Source: Podarcis filfolensis (lineage: Eukaryota). From it: 64,000 bases of DNA. The position numbers were made by a program, and so were the translations under genes. Positions 23,312 through 34,499 of this stretch are shown piece after piece (positions within the stretch are counted from its first letter, which is position 1; every line of letters begins with the position of its first letter). The notes below the pieces were generated by a model. It had not been told where the DNA came from, made no database searches, and was given only the letters and a program-made list of their open reading frames with translations. The stretch is taken from assembly GCA_964270895.1 (NCBI GenBank), contig OZ185435.1. One strand, 5' to 3'.

Positions 23312-24182
23312 CTTCCGCTTCTGACCTTGAAGGAGGGGAAATAGCTGAGGCACCAAGCATCACATTACATTCTATCTACTGGCAGGAAAGGGAGCATTTA
23401 TCAACTGTGAGAAAGATTGCATATGACACCTATGCCACACTATCTCTTGCCATAATTTGTGGAAACAGACCTGCAAACCTCTGTGGCACAAACATAACTT
23501 TTCATAGATTTATGCAAAACATTGTCAGAGCCAAAGATAACATGAAAGCCAGGAAATAGCAACAGCTTAGCCACTGAGACAAACAATATAAAACACAAAA
23601 CAATATAAAAGCACCCGCAGAGAAAGTAACAGAGAGAAACAGAAATAAAAGGCTACCCTGCTAGCATTCTCCCCAAACTGATCTCACCTCCAAGGAGCGC
23701 ACCACAGCCATCGTTGCCACCACAGCAGCAACGAGTGATGCATTTTCTGGAGGCAAGACCTGCTGCCCCTGTGGATTATGCCACCTGAGGCAGTTGTCTC
23801 AGTTTGCCTCTGGGTGGGCAGGCCCTGCATACGAGGAATCTTTAAAAAAGCAACTAAGCGGCCACTCATGAAAGAGAGAGCCTCTGATCACCTCCAGGTT
23901 AGACTTTTGCAATGCATTGTGGGGCTGGCAGGGGTTGCCTCTAGAGACTGCACAGTTAACAACAGCCACTTGGTTACTAAAATAGCAGTCCTAACCCCAC
24001 TTTCATAAGAGCAAGCCCCACTGAATTCAACATGGCTTGCTTCTGAGAAGACATGGTTATAGAAGACTGTAACAGAAAAATCCTACAGGTCTACTTAAGT
24101 TATTTGCATGAAAGGAAGACCAACTGGAATTAATGGCAGCTACTTCTAGGTAAGCAAGACTAGAGGTCTTGAATGCAAAACG

Positions 24183-24850
24183 TTATTTATTTGCTTATAC
24201 ACCACTTGATTGTAAAACGAAACCAAACCCTGAAAGCGGTTTACAGAAAAGATAAAACAATAAAGTTACCAATAAGATGAATTAACCATAATAACTTATG
24301 ACTTTTGAAAAGTTAAAATAACAAACTTAAAGTTAATTAAAACTCATATCAACTTTCAAAATATCTGGGTTGCCTTGTCTAAACAAAAATGCTTTTAGCA
24401 GGTGCCGAAAAGAGTACAGTGAAGGCGCCTGTCTGACATCAATAGGCAGGGAGTTCCAAAGTGTAGGGTGCTGCCACACTAAACTATCAAGTTCTTACAG
24501 ATGTAGAACAGGTATTATGTGTCACCTTTAACAGTGCCAGTTCTGCAGATCAAAGCAGCCAAGTGGGTGTATATGAGGTAAGGTGATCTCACAGGTAAAC
24601 TGGTACCAAGTTGTTAAGGGCTTTATATACTAACACCTTGAACTTGGCCCGGTAGCAAATCAGCAACCAGTGCAGATATCTGAGCATAGGTGCTATATGC
24701 TGACAAGGCCTCAGTCGTGTCAAGCAATTGTACTGCAGTATTCTGCACTAACTTCAGCTTCCAGCTCAAGAACAAGGGAAGCTCCACATAGAGTGCATTG
24801 CAGTAATCCAGTCTTGAAGTAACCAATGCACAAACTACCCTGACAAGGAA
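24183..24850 (-). mobile_element. L2 LINE 3' fragment
   Basis: VTSRLDYCNALY...LVQNTAVQLL and an L2-type tail. Boundaries approximate. Confidence 0.8.
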
Positions 24851-24873
24851 TTCCCAGCCCAGGAATGACTGTA

Positions 24874-25115
24874 CAGTGGTACCTTGGGTTAAGTACTTAA
24901 TTCGTTCCGGAGGTTCGTACTTGACCTGAAACTGTTCTTAACCTGAAGCACCACTTTAGCTAATGGGGCCTCCTGCTGCTGCCGCGCTGCGGGAGCCCAA
25001 TTTCTGTTCTTATCCTGAAGCAAAGTTCTTAACATGAAGCACTCTTTCTGGGTTAGCGGAGTCTGTAACCTGAAGCGTATGTAACCTGAAGCGTATGTAA
25101 CCCGAGGTACCACTG
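24874..25115. mobile_element. Tc1/mariner-type MITE
   Basis: TIR CAGTGGTACCT(C/T)GGGTT with TA flanks. Confidence 0.9.
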
Positions 25116-25359
25116 TAGTTGTTGAACAAATCGCTACTGGTTAAAGGTACTTCTTGCCACTGTGGCTACCTGAACCCCCAGTGACAGAGCTGGATCCAAA
25201 AGCACCCCCCAAATTTCTTGGACACAGGAACAACTCACCCATAGTGTCTCTGTCTTGCCAGGATTCAAGCTCATATTACAGATCCCTTGGTTGGTAGGTA
25301 GTTAGGAAGTTACCCAACAACTTCCTGTTTCGTTTCTAAATTCTGGTAAACTTCTGCAC

Positions 25360-26220
25360 ATTCTTTTCTAACTCCGGGCCTGGCTCGCCGAAGATCAAAA
25401 GTGTGGAAAGGTGGGAATTTTTTGGTAGCAAATCTGATGGGTTCAGCACAGGAGCCCGAGAAGACCTGGTAGTCATTTGCTCCAAATCCCGTTGTTCATA
25501 GCAGAGCCCTACAAGCCCCGAGGTAAGCCAGAGCTATAAACTAACATTTTGACCTGTGATCCCATCACTGCCCCTACAAGCACGCGCAACTCTGGTGTGG
25601 AGCCCAGCTCACCCCAGCGGATCTCCTTCTTTTAGCACGCCCCAAAGTTTGAGAGAGAATGCTTGGGTAAAGAGCAGCAGCAGGGCGGCAGAAATCATCT
25701 CTGATTCCTTTCTGCAGGATCCCTGTATCTCCTTTTAAGGGCTGAGTCCGAAAAGAAAAAGAGAACGGGAAGGATCGTCCCAGGGGATACCAACTTCGGC
25801 GGCTTCCCGCATGAAAAGTGAGCGAACAGCAAGGATGGCCTGGGTTCCTTTTCACTATCTGCAAAACACACCCATACACAAGAAATTCAAAAAGACCGAA
25901 ACTCACCAAACGCAAATGCAACTTGTCTCATCCAAAACACCCAGTATTTGAAAAAGATGCTGCCTCTTTCTATCCGGCAGAAGTAGAGGCGCCAGGCATC
26001 CTGGGACTTGTGGTCAACGCCGCTGCCTTTCTTCCCTCTTCCGACGACGACAAAGAAGGCGGGGGACTCGGTTTCCCAGCGTGCTTTGCGCTAGCGCGCT
26101 GTCAACATACCAGAGCGGTGGGGTGAGGAAGAGTCTGGCGATGGGTGGAACCATCACGGCGATGACAGAGCATCTCTGAGCAGCGCTGCTAAGGGGCAAA
26201 GAGAGACAAGCCCAGAATTA
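25360..26220. promoter_or_regulatory. CpG-enriched region upstream of the nucleotidase gene, with a candidate minus-strand non-coding exon ending at 26111
   Basis: Local CpG enrichment and a minus-strand donor CTCTG|GTATGT at 26111/26110. Confidence 0.45.
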
Positions 26221-27285
26221 AATTTCAGGGTTGCCCTAGGCTAGCCTTTCATTTTGGGATAGGCTGCGCATTCATCAGCCGTAAGCCTACCAAAAGCACT
26301 TTTCTTCTCGCTGCTTATAATTTTACTACAACCCTTTAATTTTATGGGCCGTAAAAGGCAGCTGTTAAATATAGTCCTGCCACAAACCTCATGAAAATAC
26401 AGGCTGCTTATAAAATGTAGCTATCAACATATGAAGAGAATTTGTAAAAACTGATTTCTTTACCAAGTGTTTCTTTACCATCTGTGCTCTCTCCTTCATT
26501 TCTGTTTTATTTTATTTATCTATTTCAAGATAGATTTAGGGTTGACATCTTTATTATTATTATTTTAAAAAATAATAATTCAAATGCCTCTGTACATGTG
26601 CAGAGCACCATTGCCTTGAACAAAGCAAAGATTTTTTTAAAAATCAAAACAAAAACCTAAGGAGGGGAAATGCCTTTGAATTTCCTCTTTTGACAAGAAA
26701 CTGCTTTAAAAATACTAACATGCAAATATCGAAAGCACTGGCCACAATGTTTCCATTCTGCTTTTTATGACAACTGGCCAGGAGGACAGAATTCTGGTAG
26801 GCCAGTAAAATTCAGGCTGGTTGGTAATGGTATTTAGACTGTTTACCGAAGGCTGTGCTCAACTCTCACCCTGTTTATATTTCCTGTAAATTCCAGAGCA
26901 GCTGAAATGGATAGGAACTCCGACATGGCAATGCCACCCAAGTCCATGAGCTGTTGAGTTTCCGCCAAGTGAGTTACAGTCATTTAATTTTAAAATGTCT
27001 AGGCTTCATCCTGATGAAATCAGTGTGCAAGAAAGCACACTTGTAAGAAAGCCCCACCTCAGCATCATGCGTACTTCATACACTTCAGACATTTTAAGAT
27101 CTAATTCACAGGGAAAGGCTGTAGCTCAGTAGCATATATGCTTTGTATGCCAGAAGTCCTGGCTTCTCCACACAATTCTCACTATAGCAAAGGACACACC
27201 AGCTGGGGAGATAACCACATTTTCCCAGTAAGAAGACACTGTTCTTTGAAGCCTTGGGTAACACAATACCCCTGCAATAGAGGTA

Positions 27286-27504
27286 CAGTGGTACCTCGGT
27301 TTTCGAACGTAATCTGTTCCAGAAGACCATTCACGTTCTGAAACTTTTGAAAACTGAGGTGCAACGAGGAAATTGAGAAAAATAACATATACACTCAGCG
27401 AAAGCCGTTTGACTTCTGAGGCGTGTTCGAAAATGGAAGCATTTACGGCGTTTGAGTTCTGAAACGTTCGTCAACGGAGACGTTCGAAAACTGAAGTACC
27501 ACTG
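27286..27504. mobile_element. Tc1/mariner-type MITE (different internal sequence)
   Basis: TIR CAGTGGTAC..CGGTTTTCGAAC with TA flanks. Confidence 0.85.
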
Positions 27505-30059
27505 TATTGTGCTTTAAGGAGAAGATATTTGAGCACCGCACAACAAAGGCACAACAGCTGCACTAGGAATGAGTATTACAGTACTGTGCTGCAAATTGTC
27601 TGGTCAAGTCTTTGGTCAGTGAACACCTCTGACTTTTTGAAAAAGGATGTGGTACAAGTATCTCTCGCTAAGGTATTCCTCAGCTACTCTGGAGCTTGCC
27701 AAGCTTTGTCTGAGGTGCTGTTGCTATGCCCAAGCAGAACAAAACCCGGAGGCCTTTAACCTGCAATGCCTTTTGCGTGACACACTCCGCTCATTGCCAA
27801 ACAAACAGGGCAGACCTGCTCCTGAGGAGATGGGACACCGTCAGAGAACACTCTGACTGACAGCCTTCATAAACATGGCAGCCCTGCAGGCATGCTTGTT
27901 GCTTCTCAGGAATTTATTACTTCTCCCTTACGGGGTGGAGTGAAAAAGTATCCTATTCTAGGCGAGATCAGAAATATACAACCATAATGTATGCGAGATG
28001 CATTGGGTTTCCGTAACCCTTTGCTGTGGCACATTTCAGTGCATCAAGGTAGACCTGTCCCCACACAGACCTGTTTTATAAAGGTTATGGGATTCCATTT
28101 TTATTTTTCAAAGTTAGTCTCCAAAAGCTCCCTGTTGACTAGTTCATTTTATCGTATTTACATATTTTCTTAGACTATTACCTCTTGTGTTCTGAAGTAT
28201 CTCTGTTACGGAGAGACATGTAAACTGTTTTACTCCAGATGAAGATTGGGCTGTATATATGACCCATGCACTCCTTATTTCAATGTCCCTTCAATTAGTA
28301 ATGGTTGAGAGCTCTATCCCTCCCCTCCCCAGATATTATGGATTACTGTACATTTGGGATGGGGGATAAATTTGTTTCAGTTCTCATTTAAAGGCAAACC
28401 TACCTAAATTACACTTTCTGAAGCAATATGCATGCAGAAACAAAGAATTCACATTTTCCCAAATTTTGCAGTGCAGCTCTCCAGCTATGTAATATGTTTA
28501 AAACTGCCTGGAGCCTGTCATCTCACCTGTATGCCAGCTGTATGTCATCTACCCCTCCTTCTGAACTGGATTTAAGCCAGATTCCTTGGCGTGCAGCAGG
28601 ACCAGTAGCAGAAACTTATTGTTGCTTAACATTTGCTTTGTATTTATGTACTTATTCTTAGAGTGGGCTTTTTTGTAATTTATTCTGTGTTTGCTAAATT
28701 GTTGATTTTTGTTATTTTGAATTTACTGACATATTCTGTATTTTGTATACTTGTATTTCCAATGTTCTCTATTTTGATGTTTTGAATGTTCCACAGCTCA
28801 TTGTGGAAAACCAGCATGTAAGTGAAATCAACTAACGAATCAATATATTGAGGTAAAGTGTGCACAGAAAGCATGTATTAGTGAAAACAACATAAAAAAC
28901 GAATTCCAAAAATGTGTATATTAGAAGAAAGTTGCATTAAGATATTGATAAATTTTCATGATGGCTTTTTTATTGCAAACTGACATGGAAATGTGGAGAA
29001 CTGAACTAAATATTAGAAAAATGAGAAACCAAATGAAACCAAATTTGTCAGATTTGCCCTATCCCTACTGTAAATTCACACAAACAGGGTCCCCCCCCAA
29101 CCCTAAATATTTTAAGTTTGATAATGAAACCACTGTTTTCAGGCAGTTACTAGGGGATCACATTAGGAATATTGCACAACAGCATCATGGAATCATATAA
29201 GACTGATTTGATTGTGAAGTTGGGTTCATACAGATACAAATATGTTTGTATTAGATAATTCTACAGGAATTCAACCTGAGATCTGCAAAGCACACACTCT
29301 ACCAATGAACTTTAGTCCCTCTTCCTTGAAATCTTGGCTGTACCAAAAAGTAAAAAAGAAGAAAAGAAAAGAAAGCATGCTAAGAACATGAGCATTGTTT
29401 GAATCCAGCGCAGAAATGTATATGTGTACTTAGATTTATTCATTCATTCATTTCAATATTTATAAACAAGCCTTATTTATATAACATAACACTTGGTTCA
29501 CATGAGAGGGTCCAAACTTAGGAATGCCTGAGCTTGAGGACAATTGCATGGAGGGAACTGGATGGCACTACCAAATGGGTAAATTCATCCATCCATTATT
29601 CTGCTTCTCTCAGATGAGTTTTATTTCTTATTGATTTTCTATTCTCCAGAAGAATGAATTGCAATTAGAATTGTCCTGGCCACAGCACAAGCACCACGGA
29701 AGTAAACATTCTGCACCTGACTGTGGCTCTCGGCTGGCTTTCAACTGTTGAAGGGTATGTCTCATGCAAAGCATACCATGGCATGGAGCTAATGATTAAA
29801 CTGCCTATCCCTGAACTCTGCATATGGAAATAGAAGATTGGGTGGAGCATTACACAGAGCAAATCTCAGAGAGGCAAGAGACTGACTGACATGTACACAC
29901 CATTCAACCAGTTTACTGATTTGGGTGTTGTGAACTTTATTCAGCATTAATTTTGCTGGAAAGGAGCACCTCACTAGTCAGAAACTTGCTATGAGTATGA
30001 GTGCACACATGCATGTATATTATTTAGTGAATGCAACATCAGATGATTATGATTTATTA

Positions 30060-31280
30060 AATATGTATACCACCCTTCATCTGTAGATCATAGGGTGGTT
30101 CACAACATAAAACTACAAAATGAAAAGGCAAAATACATAAGACAAAAGCAAACCAACCAACCAACCAACGACTCTCTCTCACAGACACATTTTAAAAGGC
30201 CCTAGAATGTTAATCAGCCAAATGCCTGGTTGAAGACCAGTGCATAAAGATAGATAATGAATGTGGGGAGAACATTCCACAAATGGGGAGCCACCACAGA
30301 AAAGGCCTGTTCTTGTGTTACCACCCTTGTGCAGAAGGCCCATGAAAAAGGGCCTCAAATCGTGATCATAGTCTCTGGGTTGGTTCATATGGGAAGAGGT
30401 GGTCCTTGAGGTATTGTGGTCCTGAGTCATTTAAGACTTTGAAGGGTAAAACCAGTACTTTTAATTGGACCTGGAAACTAATTGGCAGCTAGTGCAGTCT
30501 GGCCAGGATCAATGCCTTATACTCAAACTGTCTTGCCCCAAAAGCAACCTGGCTGTTGAATTCTGCACCAGCTGAATTTTCCAAGCTGTCTTCAGAGGCA
30601 GCCTTAAGTATAGCATGTTTCAGTAATATAACCAAGAGCATCAGAGCATAGAGAACAGTAGTTGGGCTATCCTTCTCCAGATAGGGACACAACTGGGGCA
30701 CCATCCAAAGCTGATGGAAGGCACTCTGTGCCACTGAGGCCACCTGAGCCTCAAGCAACAGTAAAGGACCCAGCTACATACCCACTCCTTCAACTGATGG
30801 AAATGTAAACCCCTCAAGAGCAGGCAGTCTCCCATCCATTTGGTGTAGGGAACCATCCAATAACAGTGCCTCAGTCTTATCTGGATTGAGCTTCAGTTTG
30901 TTGGCTCTCATCTAGTCCATTGCCAAGGCAACACGATGGTCCAGCACATCTGTTGCCATGCCTGCAGATGTAAAGGAGAAGTAGAGTTGTGTGTCATCAG
31001 CATATTGCTGAAAAAATACTCTTAGGCTCCAGATAACCCCACTCAGCAGTTTCATGTAGATGTTAAACAGCACAGGGGATAAAACTGTACCGTGGGGAAC
31101 CCCACATGGAAGGCTCCATGGGGCCAAAGCGCATTCCCCAAGCATCACCCTCTGGAAATGAACTTCCAAGTAGGACTGGAACCACCACAAAGCGGTGCTA
31201 CCCACCCCCAACTCAGACAGCTGCTCCCCAAGAATATCATAGTCAATGGTATTGAAAGCTGCTGAGATGATGTCTTGCAT
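30060..31280 (-). mobile_element. L2-clade LINE fragment with degenerate RT (GVPHGTVLSPVLFNIYM, QQYADDTQLY)
   Basis: RT motifs in ORFs 30912-31280 and 30489-30758, followed by an L2-type 3' region. Confidence 0.9.
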
Positions 31281-31321
31281 ATCTCAAACATATCTCTGAG
31301 TCGGTTAGAGTGGAAGACAAC

Positions 31322-31780
31322 TGTCAGGGAACTGCCATCGGAGCCAAGAGTGGAGGTAAGGCTCCCCAACGATGCAGGAGAAGGGACCAGCAGGGAGAGA
31401 GAGAACAGTTCCTTAGGGGAAGGAAATCGGCGTGACACCAGGAAGAAAGGGGAGCAGGGAAGGACTTCGGAGAGATGGCTCCAAGACTCTTCCACAGAGA
31501 CCAGCGGGGAGAGCCCAGGACCTCCGCTGGCCACGCCCACTCTGCGCAGAAGACTTCCGCGCAGGGAAGCTAGGCGGAGACTTGGCGTCAAGGAGCTTTT
31601 ATGTTGGAAGAAGTTCAGGAAACGCCCACTGACGGATTCTGCCAGTGACTGACACAGCCACGGAGAAAGGGCTGTCCAGCCAGGGAAAGGTTTGGCCAGA
31701 CAACGTTGCCTAGAGCAGCAGCCCCCTTACGCACGAGCAACCCCCAATTGCCTTTACAACAACAAAATTAATTTTAGGTG
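31322..31780 (+). mobile_element. LTR-like element fragment starting TGTCAGG, with a 110-codon open frame
   Basis: TGTCA start and abrupt GC/CpG-rich composition. No matching TSD found, so the 3' end is uncertain. Confidence 0.55.
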
Positions 31781-33129
31781 AGCTTTCTTTTCTGTTTGGA
31801 AACCCACCCACCCGACAATGGGTATTTCCTTCCACATGAGTATTTATTGTGGGATTGGTGCAACTTATGTATGCAACTTTTTATTCTATCTTACATGTCC
31901 ACACATTTCCCTCAGAATACCAGCCTGTTTCTTCTCCCATCCAATCTGCAATCAGTTTCAAAAAAGACCTGTAACATAAAGCAGTGGAAACCCCAGAAAA
32001 TATTAAACTCTAAAGACTAACTTTTCCCCTCCAGCAGGTCCTTTTCTATTGGTGCAAACAAACACATGAATGCAGATGCCCATTAACTCAAGTTTACAGA
32101 GTCTGTTAGCTCTGTCACAGTGCTGTATGGGTCTCTTATAATATAGGATCTCACTGGGGAGTGCCCAGAGTTCCTGTGTAAAGGTACATAGTTTAACAAC
32201 TGAGGTGGAGCTGACCAGAGCCATTCCTATCACCTTTCTGGTTTCTCAGTTGACAAAGAAGAATTTCCGGTTTAGCTTCTGCGTTACACAGAAAAGGCAG
32301 CCAATTCCTGCAGTTGGGGATTAAATTCAGTGCATTGAGTTGAGGGTCAACAAGTTTTGCCACAATGTGCTCCATTCAAGCTCTGAGGTAGGAAGAGAAA
32401 TGGCTAAACACCAGGAAGAAGGATTCTGTTAAGCTATGATGAAGAGAAACTAAAAAAAAGTAAGTAGTCTTGCTTCTGTTTCCAATTAATACTTGCATTT
32501 TTAAAAAAATCAAAGCTGCCTGCCTTACCTTGATAGCTGTAAAGTTATTACATACAGGGTTTGGGGGGGTATTTTTTTAAAAAAGGAATTATATATTACA
32601 AACTATTTTTGAAAAACAAAATACATCAAGAAATGTATTCTGAGGATTTAAGATATGGGTTACATACTAGCCCCCTTTCTGCATTTCAGAAGTGAAGCTC
32701 AAATTGGCATTGTTGTACGAATGCAACAATATTGCAAAGGAATTAAGTGGATGTGAAAATGATTTCCCATGAATTTGTTAATTATTTGGTGGCTTAGGCA
32801 GATGTGTGACTCCCCAGCCTTCTATATTGTCATCATCTGGTATGCTTAGGAGCTGCCTATGGTTGTTGTTGTTGTTTTTGAAAAACTGGTTTTCTGAAGC
32901 AGCTCGTTTCTAATTCCCCTGAGATCTCTGATCGGTTTCATACAACCATAACTGTAACTGTTTCAACTTGTAATAGTTTCCTGCCTTTTAAGACTTAAGG
33001 TGATTTTGTGGTGAAGCCAACTGAAGGAAATGTAACCCCAGGTTTTTTTTTTTTTAAGGGTCCATAGGTAGGAGGATCCAGAGAATTATAACCCAGTTAG
33101 CTGCTATGAATAAGCTGTAAAAATGGAAA

Positions 33130-33720
33130 GTCTTTTTAGAGTTAAAATTACCAAGCACAGAAGCACAATTCTTCCCGAAGAAACGTCATCATGGCTTCTG
33201 CAAAAGTAAACCCTCCTGTCACACCAAACTTCTAGCATTCTGAGAGTGTCAATGAACATTTGGAACAGGAATGGAAGATACTGGCATCTCAGAAAAGATT
33301 CCCGAGTAAACTTAGTTGCCATGGCATAAGAGTAGGGGGTCCTCTTATGGATGTGTAACTGGTTACAGGAAGTAGGAAGTAGAAATAAATTGTTAGTTTT
33401 CAGAATGGTGGTATGTAAGGAGTGGGGCTCCAAAGGATGAGTGGGGCCAGTGCTTTCTATGAACAAGAGTTCATAAATCTAGAGTTAGACTTGAACAGTG
33501 TGGTGGCCAGCTTTGCTGACAACATCAAGTTATTTCTATGGGATTTGGAGAATGAGGGCAGCTCACAGTCAAGCGAAATCTGCTTGAACCAAAATGAATG
33601 AGTGTGCATACTATCAAAAATGATGCATCTGACATACCACCTTCAACACTCTCTTAGAAATTAATGTCTTCTTCCAGCCTGTACATCTTCTCCAGGCCTA
33701 GGAGGAGAATTATATTAGAA
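33130..33720 (+). mobile_element. Decayed CR1 LINE RT fragment
   Basis: Degenerate 'HGFCK.K.C.TNLL.F', 'QK.F.SKL..HGI.G' and 'FADNIKL' segments. Confidence 0.7.
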
Positions 33721-34331
33721 AACAATTTTCTGCTTTGTTTAATAGTGGCATGTTTAATGGGGGCACATTCATTTCTGATCTTTCACAGCGCCTCGTAGAG
33801 TAGTGTGCAATCAATATTTCATTGGAAAGGACATTTTCATGCACTTGTTACCCACCGTCAGATGTAAACGCTCTTACATTTCGGTACTATCCAGAGATAG
33901 AATCACTGAAGCAAAAGCTTCTGTTTGAGCTTCAGCAGCTAAAGCTACAGCCTATTCAAGCAAGTGGGTTTGGGCTAGTCCTCTGAATGTTGCTGTTCCC
34001 CTCCTGCATTGGCAACCTGACCTGCAACTACCGTCATCCATGACCATTAACTATGCTGGCTTGGGCTGATGGAATTGGAGTCCAAAAGCACCTGGTGGGC
34101 TTCACAATCCCTGCCCTAGAATACCCTACTGTTATTGCTCTTCCATTATAGTGGCACTGTTTCTAGAGACCTCACAATGTCAGAGCAGGAGCAGCAGAGG
34201 CTGGCTTCCTCTCCATTCTTGTTCTCATCTCAACCACCCAAAGTCTATGGCAAGGTGCTCTTGGGACATGTTAAGGAATTTCCACCAAGCTGGTGCAGCA
34301 GGGCTGATGGCTGCTGCCTTGCCACTGGATG

Positions 34332-34499
34332 CAGTGGCGTAGCGTGGGGGGTGCAGGGGGGGCCGGCCGCACCGGGTGCAACATCTGGGGGTTAGGGTTA
34401 GGGGGCGCAAATCCACGGGTTAGGGGGCGCAAATCCACAGGTTAGGGGTGCAAATTACTTGCCTTGCCCCGGGTTCTGACAACCCACGCTACGCCACTG
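34332..34499. mobile_element. hAT MITE with internal TTAGGG-containing subrepeats
   Basis: TIR CAGTGGCGTAGCGTGGG, 8-bp TSD ACTGGATG. Confidence 0.92.

Noticed and set aside
26336-26362. Inverted pair of Cdx/posterior-Hox-like sites (TTTTATGGGCCGTAAAA)
   Set aside because: Short motifs in AT-rich DNA; not supportable without conservation data.
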